Shown: positions 26,501 to 37,641 of the stretch, piece after piece
Position numbering within the stretch: position 1 is the stretch's first letter
Layout: every line of letters begins with the position of its first letter
From: Octopus sinensis
Taxonomy: Eukaryota
Direction: 5' to 3'
Assembly: GCF_006345805.1 (NCBI RefSeq)
Contig: NC_042999.1
Coordinates: 15,872,001-15,936,000, forward strand
Length of the DNA stretch: 64,000 nucleotides
Position numbers and translations under genes: made by a program
The notes under the pieces: model-generated
Database searches by the model: none
What the model saw: only the letters and a program-made list of their open reading frames with translations
Told to the model about the DNA's origin: nothing

Positions 26501-26920
26501 ATTAAGCTAATGCTAGTATTGGACCTAATGTCAAGAGCTTAAGAAAGAAGTTTTCATAAAATATTTTTTAATTGCTAAAAAATAATATTATTTCAAAAAA
26601 AATAATATAACTGTAGGCAGCTTTGAGAAAATCAATACATTTTGTTTTTAGAATTCTTTTCCGTTGTGGGATTAAAATTATTATATTTCAAACATCAATA
26701 AAAATAGATGAACAAAATAGAATATATAAATATAAATAATTTTCAGGGTAATAAAGAGAATCTGTTGCAATAATTTATCATATAAAGGCAATTACTTGAT
26801 TTGGATTTGATTTAGAAATTGAATTAACAGTTGTGATTTAAATGATCTTATAAAGGCTATACATATTATATATGTATTATAATATTATATATACATATTA
26901 TATATATATATATATATATC

Positions 26921-27135
26921 GAATTGAACCAGCCAGGATCCCTGGTCTGGTGGTACGTAAAAAGCACCCACTACACTCACGGAGTGGTTGGCGTTAGGAA
27001 GGACATCCAGCTGTAGAAACATTGCCAGATAAGACTGGAGCCTGGTGCAGCCTTCTGGCTTCCCAGATCCCCGGTCGAACCGTCCAACCCATGCTAGCAT
27101 GGAGAACGGACGTTAAACGATGATGATGATGATGA

Positions 27136-27139
<4 letters not shown>
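26921..27139 (+). mobile_element. Truncated RTE LINE 3' UTR copy
   Basis: Same motifs; the (GAT)n tail is followed by (AT)n. Confidence 0.9.
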
Positions 27140-27161
<22 letters not shown>

Positions 27162-27169
<8 letters not shown>

Positions 27170-27813
27170 CTGCACCCCCCCACCACCATTATAGGTATCT
27201 ACTCTTTGAACCCCCCTCTTCAATACGCTATTTCACCATGCATTACCTCTCTCTCGATATCCTACGTTCTACTTGCCTAGAACTTGTCCTCTGAACCACC
27301 CCTCCCACTGGTGTTCCCCTATATTTCTGCACCCCCCCCACCACCATTATAGGTATCTACTCTTTGAACCCCCCTCTTCAATACGCTATTTCACCATGCA
27401 TTACCTCTCTCTCGATATCCTACGTTCTACTTGCCTAGAACTTGTCCTCTGAACCACCCCTCCCACTGGTGCTCCCCTATATTTCTGCACCCCCCCCACC
27501 ACCATTATAGGTGTCTACTATTTGAAGCCCCCTCTTCAATACGCTATTTCACCATGCATTACCCCTCTCTCGGTATCCTACGTTCTACTTGCCTAGTACC
27601 TGTCCTCTGAACCATCCCTCCCACTGGTGCTCCCCTATATTCTGCACCCCCCCCACCACCATTATAGGTGTCTACTATTTGAAGCCCCCTCTTCAATACG
27701 CTATTTCACCATGCATTACCCCTCTCTCGGTATCCTACGTTCTACTTGCCTAGTACCTGTCCTCTGAACCATCCCTCCCACTGGTGCTCCCCTATATTTC
27801 TGCACCCCCCCCC
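27162..27813. repeat. Tandem array of four ~157-158-bp units plus the start of a fifth
   Basis: TGCACCCCCC recurs at 27171, 27328, 27486, 27643 and 27801. The units are contiguous with no spacers. Confidence 0.97.
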
Positions 27814-28053
27814 ATAAAAAGCACCATCCGAACGTGGCCGATGCCAGACCCCTCTGGCACCTGTGCAGGTGGCACGTAAAAAACACCCACTACACTCGCG
27901 GAGTGGTTGGCGTTAGGAAGGGCATCCAGCTGTAGAAACACTGCCAGACTAGACTGGAGCCTGGGGCAGTCCCGAGCTCCCCAGACCCCGGTCGAAACCG
28001 TCCAACCCGTGCTAGCGCGGAAAACGGACGTTAAATGATGATGATGATGATGA

Positions 28054-28058
<5 letters not shown>
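27814..28058 (+). mobile_element. Truncated RTE LINE 3' UTR copy (young, CpG-rich)
   Basis: Same motifs. It begins immediately after the 157-bp array. Confidence 0.9.
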
Positions 28059-28087
<29 letters not shown>

Positions 28088-28407
28088 CATATTATATAAC
28101 ACAGTAATTCAAAATCAAGAAGTATAGCAAAATGACTAACTTTACTCTCAGCACTAAATTTATGAATCGGTATCCAAATGTCTGGACAAAAAAAGAAGAA
28201 TGCTCAACGAAGAACGCCAAATTTTGCAAATCTTCAATAGTGGCAAATATGTAATGCTGCACATTTACAAGAGTGGAAAATATTAAAATGTTTGGAAGGT
28301 AATAGATGGCCACTATATTCCTGGAAACATTTAGCTAAAACATATGAATAAATTACCTGAGATATTATAATCAGAAGAACATTGAATTATATATATGTTT
28401 GTGCTTT

Positions 28408-28538
28408 GTGTGTGTGTGTGTGTGTGTGTGTTGTGTGTGTGTGTGTGTTGTGTGTGTGTGTGTGTGTGTTTGGGTGTGTGTGTTTGTTGTGTGTGTGGGT
28501 GTGCATGTGTGTGGGTGTGCATGTGTGTGCATGCATGC
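28408..28538. repeat. Compound (TG)n microsatellite
   Basis: Direct inspection. It produces the HT/VC-rich pseudo-ORFs at 28331-28602. Confidence 0.95.
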
Positions 28539-29479
28539 ACATAGGTAGCTTTTCAAATCTAAATTCCAGCCCATAAAATAGTTGTGAATAAGAAATGCTC
28601 ATTTATATGCAGCAACATAGTCATAATAAAATATCATAGAGTTTTACCCAGCAGAACTGTGATCATAAATAAATAATTTGAATTAACTTTTTATGAAAAT
28701 GAGGAATAATGTTTACTATGCCTTACTTTGAATCCCAAATGCAAAACCAGACATCACATTATGTAGCTGATATAATTATACATATAAAGATGAAATGAAG
28801 AAATGCACAAAGCAAAGAGAAACTGGAGTAACAACAAAATGAATAAATAAATTTTGCAACATGCATTGAGTACTCTATCTCCCAATTGGACACTCAAAGA
28901 TAGAAAGGAAAAACTGGAAAGAAAAAGAAAGATAGAAAGGAAAAACCAGAAAGAGAAAAAAAGAAAGAAAGAAAGAAAGAAAGAAGGAAAGAAAAAGAAA
29001 ATTATGATGTTTTTCAAAATGCATCAAGACATATTTATGCGAAGTAGAAATTACATCTTAATGTATTTTGAGAAATATCTATTTATAAAATGCTCCTATA
29101 GGAATTAAAAATGATTTCAAATCTTGAATTCAGTATTTGTAAAGCATTCTGTGTGAAGTTTACACACACAATAGGACTATTTCAAGTTACAGCATATGCA
29201 TTCCAAATCATTGTGTTTTATTTTGGATAAATACAGCATGTATATAACGAATCAAAATTCTAAATATTGCCTCTTAACAGCTGATGAACACTATTGTTAA
29301 GATGAGAAACTTAAGATTCAAACACAAGAAATATTTATTCTAATTTCCAACCATCCATCTTCTTTACCCACTATTCCTGGGAGGGTCATACAGACAGGTA
29401 TCTCTTCCATAAAGTCCTATCAGGAGCAACCATCATTACATTTTCTGGATGGATTCCCAAGCATAACCAGCTGAGGCTA

Positions 29480-29534
29480 TACTCTTTTACTCGTTTCAGT
29501 CATTTGACTGTGGCCATGCTGGAGCACCGCCTTT
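29480..29534 (-). mobile_element. 55-nt 3' terminus of tRNA-SINE family 1, fused directly downstream of the U6 copy
   Basis: Minus strand AAAGGCGGTGCTCCAGCATGGCCACAGTCAAATGACTGAAACGAGTAAAAGAGTA matches the 3' end of the full-length SINE at 60246-60635 (aaaggcagtgctaaagtatggatgcagtcaaatgactgagacaagtaaaagaata). Confidence 0.9.
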
Positions 29535-29588
29535 AAAAAAAAAAATGGAACGCTTCACAAATTTGCATGTCATCCTTACGCAGGGGCT

Positions 29589-29628
<40 letters not shown>

Positions 29629-29645
29629 ACTGCTGAAGCAAATAC
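29535..29645 (-). pseudogene. U6: Full-length U6 snRNA retrocopy (processed pseudogene)
   Basis: Reverse complement reads GTATTTGCTTCAGCAGTACATATACTAAAATTGGAACGATACAGAGAAGATTAGCATAGCCCCTGCGTAAGGATGACATGCAAATTTGTGAAGCGTTCCA followed by T11. It matches canonical metazoan U6 end to end, with the ACAGAGA box and AGC triad intact. Three changes are CpG-type transitions (TTCAGC, ACATGC, TTTGTG), and there is no obvious TATA at about -30. Confidence 0.95.
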
Positions 29646-30431
29646 AAAGGGATATTATCCAACAATATTGTTCTTGGTCTAACCCCAGGTCTCCTGCTAC
29701 TTGGCTCAGCTTGAAGTATCCATTGTAGCATTCTAGTCACACCTCCAGAGTACTAGAACCACGATCCCTCAGTAAGACATCTTGTTCTCCAACTATGCAC
29801 CCTGTGAAGTAATGTTACCCCATATATCCCTTAGAGGAGCCTTATTTCAGCCACTTGTATATGTGTGTGTAGTAATTACTTTTAAATGACATCATGAACA
29901 AAAGTGAGAGTACTTAATACATTATGTAGAGTGACTAGATATATTATAATATAGTAAATATTAGTATCAATAAAGGTGAAAGTTTGGTAGCAGCCATATG
30001 TATGCATGCACTTATGCAAAAACTTGTGACCCAATATTCTGTGCTACAAACAGTTTACTACATACATATCCAAACAGAAAGTGACATGTTGCCATAAATA
30101 AAGAAGACTTAAGAAAATCTGTGATCTGACAGAATAGTTTCACTTGAATCATATCCATCAAGCAGAATGTTCTATATAGCATAAAACATCAAATCATGGT
30201 AAAGAAGAATAGTTATCAATTATCTTATAATATACAATGCACTACACACACAGGATAAGTAAATCTTCGCCATTCACTTAGTAGGGGGTAATGAAACAAG
30301 TACCAGATTGAAAAGGTATTGCATACAATAAGATAAGTTAGAACCTGATGATAGTGTCTAAGCAGGACTATATGACTAACAAATGAAACCAGTACAAATG
30401 TGTGTGTGTGTGTGTGTGTGTGTGTGAGCAT

Positions 30432-31075
30432 TCTTTCTTTTATTCTTTTGCTTGTTTCAGTCACTTAACTGTGGCCATGCTGGAGTACCACCTTAAAGGG
30501 GTTTTTTTAGTCAAAGGAATTGATCTTGGGACTTATTCTTTGTAAGCCTATTACTTATTCCATTGGTCTCTTTCACTGAACCGCTAAGTTATGGGGATGT
30601 GAGCACCAACATCGGTTGTCAAGCTATGGTGGGGAAACAAGCATAGACACAAGGACAAAAGACACACAGACATAAATGTATGTATACAGACACACAGACA
30701 TAAATGTATGTATACACACACACAGAAATATATTTATATATATTACACTCACGGAGTGGTTGGCATTAGGAAGGGCATCCAGCCATAGAAACATTGCCAG
30801 ATCAGACTGGGCCTGGTGCAGCCTTCTGGCTTCCCAGACCCCAGTTGAACCGTCCAACCCATGCTAGCATGGAAAGCAGACGCTAAATGATGGTGATGAT
30901 GATGAGGATGATACACACAATAGGCTTCTCTCAGATTCCGTCTACCAAATCCACTCATAAGGCTTTGGTTTGCCTGAGGCTATAGTAGAAGGCACTTGCC
31001 CAAGGTGTCATGCAGTGGGACTGAACCCGGAACTATGTGGTTGGGAAGCAAGCTTCTTACCAGACAGTCATACAT
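30432..31075 (-). mobile_element. tRNA-derived SINE family 1 with an RTE 3' UTR fragment (30745-30912, + strand) inserted in its microsatellite
   Basis: Reverse complement of the 60246 family on both sides of the insert. Confidence 0.8.
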
Positions 31076-31745
31076 GTGAATATATTTCAAATACGTATTT
31101 ATTCATTCATTCATTTATTTAACATGACATTTTGTTTTTCCATATTTGGACAAGACAAGGAGTTATTCTGAGCATGATGCTCTTCTCGTTACCAAACTTT
31201 AATTGTTTTACAAGTGAAGTAATTTCTATTCCAGAGATCTTCAAAATAATCAAACAGCCACTAGTCCATAAGAAATGTTAACATTATCATTGTTTGTTCA
31301 AGCAGTAAGTGTGGAAGTCTTGCACACACACACACACACACATCCAGTTGTCTGCTAGAGTCACTCATATGGTATCCGTCAACTTGGGCTTATTGTATAA
31401 CACACTTATCCAAAGTACCACACAGTAGGACCAAATCACAAACCATATGACTGCTAAACAAAGTTCTTAATTATATAGCCATGCATGTATGGGTAGATAG
31501 ATGGACAGACAGACAGAAATATAAGTGGTAGATAAGTTGGTTAGCAGAGAATGCACAATGCCTTTGCAAATTCTCTTAGACCAATGATATTTGTTGATGA
31601 TATAAATATAATTTCTAAATTAAATTTAACATTTCTAAATCAAATTTCTAAATATTAAACAACTGTGGATCAAAGATTGCAGAATATGAGTAAGAAGGTA
31701 ATTCTAAAGAGTAAGAACTCAAAGAGTGCATGAGTTAGGATAAAT

Positions 31746-32152
31746 ATTCCTTTCTACTTTAGGCACAAGGCCCAAAATTTTGGGGGCGGGGGGCCAGTCA
31801 ATTAGATCGACCCCAGCACACAACTGGTACTTAGTTTATCGACCTCTAAAGGATGAAAGGCAAATTTGACCTCAGAACATATGGACAGACAAAATAACAC
31901 TAGGCATTTTGCTCAGTATGCTAACATTTCTTATTTCTTTATTACCCACAAGGGGCTAAACATAGAGGGGACAAACAAACATAGAGGGGACAAACTAAAC
32001 ATAGAGTGTGTAACTGGTACTTAATTTATTGACCTCAAAAGAGTGAAAAGCAAAGTCAACCTCGGCAGAATTTGAACTCAAAACATAATGGCAGGCAAAA
32101 TACCGCTAAGCATTTCGTCCAACATGCTAATGTTTCTGCCAGCTTAACACCT
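31746..32152 (-). mobile_element. Two abutting SINE family-2 copies (31746-31930 and 31931-32152) with different 3' tails
   Basis: Both contain the GGATGAAAGGCAAA/GAGTGAAAAGCAAA core with different distal segments. Confidence 0.75.
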
Positions 32153-32562
32153 TAGGAGAAATATTGTGAAAAGAAAAGTGGTAAGACAGTAAATGCAACA
32201 GGAGTAAGTGAAAGACACATTGTTTGATAGGCCAGAGCAGAGAAAGTATGCAAACAGTTATGCCAAATGAGCAGCAAGGTTATGCTGATACTTTTCTAAG
32301 CATTTGCTTTCTCTTGCTGCTTTCTAACAGAGATAAAAATACAAAGACAGAGAGAAAAGAGAACATCCGTGAGCTCTGTGATTGTAGTGTAGTTTTTTAA
32401 TGAGCAACTGTCAGTCAACTGAATGGCTGCCATACACAAACATACACAGGTCCAAAGATCAAAACCTATCCAAAGATACACACATATATGCATATGCACA
32501 CACACACAAAGACCCAAATATCAAAATATAAGAAGTTACAGTCATATAGAAAGCATACTCAC

Positions 32563-32606
32563 CCTTATTATGAAAGAGTACTGATGGAACATTTGTGTTA
32601 AAACCT
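32563..32606 (-). CDS. Candidate internal exon (xVLTQMFHQYSFIIR or xGFNTNVPSVLFHNK)
   Basis: cctacattttacAG | 44 nt | AGG/GTGAGT, a consensus donor; two frames are open. Confidence 0.45.
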
Positions 32607-33829
32607 CTGTAAAATGTAGGCACAAGAGACCAGACATAATGATCTGGGACAAAGAAAGAAGAAAGTGTGCACAGTAGTAGAAATCAGTAGTCTAGGGGAT
32701 GTTAACATGTCTAAGAAAAACAAAGATCCATTCTGAAATAATGAGAAATCTGCACACAGACTGACTTAATACATGTTGATCAGTGATTATTAGTACACTT
32801 AGCTATGTAGCTGACTACCTCTGCACTAATCCTGATAAGCTGCACTTCACAAAAGCAAAAGAGACAGAGAAAATTGAAAAATTATAACTGCAAACTATAA
32901 ATGAAACTTGTAATATTTTTCAAAAATTTAACCTCAAGTATACACACACACACACATGTAAAGACATACAAATTTATGTATATGTACATATATAAAAATA
33001 AAACCATACAAATCCCATATGCAGTGATATACAGACACACACATGCATACATACATTTGGTGAATATGTACATAGTTACCAAATGTATGCATACATGTAT
33101 ATGCCTGTGATTGTAGTGAAAACTATTCATAAGTAGGGCAAGAGGTGAATATTTCAAGAGAGTAAAGAACATATGTTTATCAGAACTTCCAACAAGCATA
33201 TATATCAAAACAGCACTACAATGCTTATTCTGACACCTACTTTGATATGAGCATGATAACATTTTAAGATATACATAGTAATTTAGAAATTACTCAGTGT
33301 TACTGAAATCTCAGCATTATGCAGACATATTTCCTATGCATCTAGAATAGTTGTGACATTAAATCTGTATCAACCTCATACATAACTCAGACTGCAATAC
33401 TAAAGCAACATCTCCAGCTAGGGCTAGTATAATCTAGCCTGAGTTAGCCCACTCAAGACCTTCCCTACAGAAATGTTTATCACAAAAGTGCCTCCCTAAA
33501 GACAGTCATCTATGCATGCTGGCCAACTTTCCCATTTGCAGCATAAACTTGTGTTTAAATGCTTATGATGTATATGAAATCTAGGACAATAAATGCTATT
33601 GTAGGAGACAATGATGCAGTGGTTGGAAAATGAACTTCTGAACCACACAGCCATGCCTACACCTATGCTCAGTCTTGCCTGAAATTAATACCTAAAATAT
33701 AATCACATGAATTCACTATATTTTTCATAAATTGTCTTAAAAACATGCTGACAATATTTCTCAGAGAATATTACAATAAATTTAAACACTGACAAATCTG
33801 CTAATTACAACTGTATTGATAATTTTACT

Positions 33830-34087
33830 TCATCATCATCATCATCGTTTAACGTCTGCTTTCCATGCTGGCATGGGTTGGACGGTTTGCCTGGGGATTG
33901 GTGAGCCAGATGGCTGCACCAGGCTCCAATCTTGATTTGGCAGAATTTCTACAGCTGGATGCCCTTCCTAAAGCCAACCACTCTGAGAATGTTGTGGGTG
34001 CTTTTACGTGCCACCGGCATGAGGGCCAGACAGGTGGTACTGGCAACAGTCTCGCTCAAATGGTGTTTTTACGAGTCACCTGCACAA
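33830..34087 (-). mobile_element. Truncated RTE LINE 3' UTR copy
   Basis: (CAT)n then CGTTTAACGTCTGCTTTCCATGC…GGTGCTTTTACGTGCCACC. Confidence 0.88.
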
Positions 34088-34309
34088 AAACTTGTTTATA
34101 GCAATATCCTTTCATTTACTATCAATTCTTACATTTTTCTCATTTTCATTCACAGGATTAAAGCAATTCAAACATTTAATCAATCATGTGAACACCAATG
34201 CTTATTTTATGAATCTCTATTTACTAAGCCATTATTTTACACGACACAAACAACACATACAAAATCTGTAGTTAAGTGTAAATTTAACAGATTTGGACAC
34301 ACACACATT

Positions 34310-35165
34310 ATATCATCATTATAATTTTAATGTCCATTTTTCCATGCTTGAATGGAATAAACTGAATTTTTTCAGGTAGATTTTCTTATGCCAGATTTCC
34401 TTCCTATGGCTATCTCATACCTGTTTCCAAGCAAAGTAATATTGAAAATTGAAAATAAAGCTTCTTTACAACTATTGTGTGATATCAAGGCAACACACAC
34501 ATGCACACATATACACGTGCACACACACACACACACAAACACAATCGGTTTCTTTCAATTTCTGTCTGCCAAATCCACTCACAGTGCTTTTGGTTGGCAT
34601 GAAGCATCATCATCATTGTTCGACCGTGATCGAGACAATGGAATTTATTATGTTACGCCAGACTTCACGGTCCATCATAGCATTATGGAGGTCCTGTTGC
34701 TGGATGCCTGTATCCCTGGAGATTACATCAGGGTAGGAGAGTGTGCACCCTTTGGTATCACGAGCAGATGGCTTCCAGAAGAAAACAGTAGAAATTACCT
34801 CGTTTTCAGCTCTACAACAATGTCCAGCAAACTGGACTCTTCTACCTTTCACAAGAGATGATACAAGTGGTAATTTCCCATATATTTGTACTTTGGTTGG
34901 ATGACGCTTCCACGAGAGATTTTGTGATTCTCTCTCCAATGCCCAGTCTCTTTTACAATCTCTTGAACAAGCTTCAATGAGTCCAAGACTGAATATGTAA
35001 ACAAGTGCCTGTCCAACAGTGATTTCATCATCCATACTTTCAACAATAAGCTCTTAAATATGGTTTCTGGCATGGAGCAATAGAACGCACTTATCCAAGG
35101 TACCCTGCCATGGGATTGAAACCAAAACCAAGTAGCTGGAAAGCAAACTTCTAAACGACATAGCC
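34310..35165 (-). mobile_element. tRNA-derived SINE (family-1 head, RTE-type tail) interrupted by the 34605-35067 LINE fragment
   Basis: The head (…ccaaggtaccctgccatgggattgaaacc…) lies right of the insert, the body (ccaaatccactcacag, CA microsatellite) lies left of it, and the RTE-like tail (atcatcat…tccatgc) is near 34310-34350. Confidence 0.65.
34605..35067 (-). mobile_element. 3' fragment of a second RTE-clade LINE family, inserted into a SINE
   Basis: ORF 34613..35035 encodes ...RRVQFAGHCCRA...AMMDREVWRNIINSIV. The stop codon runs straight into a (GAT)n tail. The apparent 10-bp TSD is tggcatgaag (34595-34604) / tggcatggag (35068-35077). Confidence 0.8.
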
Positions 35166-36554
35166 CTACTTGTACTTGTAAACAACTATTTTTTTTCACA
35201 ATGCTATTGTGAGAAGAATAGTGAATACATACAATTTTCAAAAGTAAAAAATAACATCACAAAGATTTCTAAGATATGAATTCATTAATTAGGAAATAAA
35301 TAATTCATAATGGTATCTTTTCAGTAACAATATATATTATATTAGGTATTAATGTAAAAAATAATCAATCAGTGGCTACAAAACTGAATATGGGTAAAAA
35401 TATGAGACTGTAAACTTTCAGAAACTTAATACATATATTATTATTATTATTAACATTCTTTGTTTTGTTTTTAACATTAAATTATTATTAGCAGTTTAGG
35501 TCATGGAAGTAAGGAAATTTTATTTAAATTTTAAACTATATTCTAATCCACAGAATATGTATGAAATTTTCTCAATATATTATCCTACTTTGTAAAGAAC
35601 TAAATTCAAAGCAATTTTGAAATAAGCTCTTATAGTTACCTATGAAAGTATTTGTACTTTTTTTTTTTTTCAGATCTAAAATTCAAATCTTACTATATCC
35701 AAACCCTTAATTTGAAATTTGTATATCCTGTACATCAAGGTGCAGAAGAGAAAAGAAGTTCTCAAACAGGAACTAAGGAGAGAAACTTACAAAACATCTA
35801 CAGAAGAAACCTAAATTCTTTCTATGTGAAACTTCTAGCATACAAAATACTTCAATAGATTTAACATGGCATAGTTATTTAACATCTCCAGATTACTTTG
35901 CTAGGTTTCATACTACACTTTTAATCAGTTCTTACTCAAATTGCCAGTTGGTTGTCAATTCTTGTATTACGCATATTTTAAAATGAACTTCAAGAATTGA
36001 ATTTTATTTTTTATGTAGGGTTTAGATCAACAAACCTACAATTTTTTTCAATTTAGCGATTAACAGTATTGAAAAGAGTATTCAAGAATTCAAAAAGGAA
36101 CAAGATATATTTTATGATTTGTTTTCATGCAGTGATTATTTGGAGTAAATTAATAACATCCATTGAGTTGAAGGGCCTGTAAAGATCATGACTGCAAACC
36201 TTTCATTCTAGCAAAAATGTTTTGTGAGTCAATAACTTGAAATGTAAGAAACAGGAAACACTAATTTCAATGATAATATAAATGAGAGAATTTAAGCTAT
36301 GACAAACACTTTTACAAGTACTGGAAATACTTTTCATTTCAGAGGTAAGACGAGGGAACTAACAGTAATTGTAAGCATGTTGAAAAATACTTCATTTCAG
36401 TAGTTTCATCCCTTTCAAATGGAACACTCAGGAATCAAAGAGACCACCAAAATAACGTTTTAATAGAACACAACTATCCTAACAAATTAAAAAGATTTGG
36501 GTTTGTGCTTTGTGTCAAAGGAAAAATTTATTAATATTTAAATTAAAAACCAAC

Positions 36555-37092
36555 GTGCCACCGGCACAGGTATCACAACTACTATTTCCATTGATATTTA
36601 TTTCGAAATAAATATCAATGGAAATAGTAGTTGTGATACCTGTGCCGGTGGCACATAAAAAGCACCATCTGAATGTGGCCATTGCCAGCGCCGTCTCGAC
36701 TGGCTTCTGTGCCGGTGGCACATAAAAAGCACCATCGAAACGTGGCTGATGCCAGCGCCGCCTCGACTGGCTTCAGTGCTGGTGGCACATAAAAAGCACC
36801 ATCTGAACGTGGCCAATGCCAGCACCGCCTTGGCTGGCTTCCATGCCGGTGGCACGTTAAAAGCTCCAACTAATCGCGGCCGATGCCGGACTCCCCCGGC
36901 ACCTGTGCGGGTGGCACGTAAAAAGCACCCACTACACTCGCGGAGTGGTTGGCATTAGGAAGGGCATCCAGCTGTAGAAACACTGCCAGATCAGACTGGA
37001 GCCTGGTGCAGCCCCTGGTTTCCCAGACCCCGGTCGAACCGTCCAACCCGTGCTAGCACGGAAAACAGATTTTAAATGATGATGATGATGAT
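36555..37092 (+). mobile_element. RTE LINE 3' UTR copy with five subrepeats and a 5' fold-back inversion
   Basis: Same motifs; 36555-36604 is the exact reverse complement of 36605-36654. Confidence 0.9.
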
Positions 37093-37641
37093 GAATCTGG
37101 TAGCAAAAGTGAAGTAACAAACTAAATTTATTACAGAACTTTATCCTGCTATGGTAGTTTGGAGTAACAGTTATCACTTTTGTTATTTCATGCATAAATA
37201 CCAGTAATATTCTGAAATAGACAGAATCAACACAAGTAGAAAATACTAAAGATTTGTGTAATTCCACAAAAATAGATTAAATATTTTTTGTATGTTATAT
37301 TTACATTTATATAAATTTGATTCTTGAAGAAATAAGAAGACGCAACTTAGCAAACAGATTCTTGTTACACCTACAGCGGATCATATTAATATTATGTCTT
37401 TTCTTCATTTCATAGAATCACCTGCGCTATTAATATTTTATTTGAGAACTTTCAACTATACTACTTGTGTTTCACTATGATGCAAAAAAATCACAGTTCT
37501 CATAAAGACAACATTGATATTTTGAAAATATAAGAATTTCTCCTAAATTACTTTGCAACTTCTGCACATCTTCTACAAAACATTAACTCTTTTGTTACCA
37601 ACCCAGCTGAAACCAGCTCTGGCTCTGAGTACAAATATCTT

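Noticed and set aside
27162-27813. CRISPR-like array or retrozyme array
   Set aside because: Units are contiguous with no unique spacers, there are no cas genes, and the context is eukaryotic. No CTGANGA…GAAA hammerhead core occurs on either strand of the unit.
28331-28602. Several overlapping HT/VC-rich ORFs
   Set aside because: These are translations of a (TG)n microsatellite.
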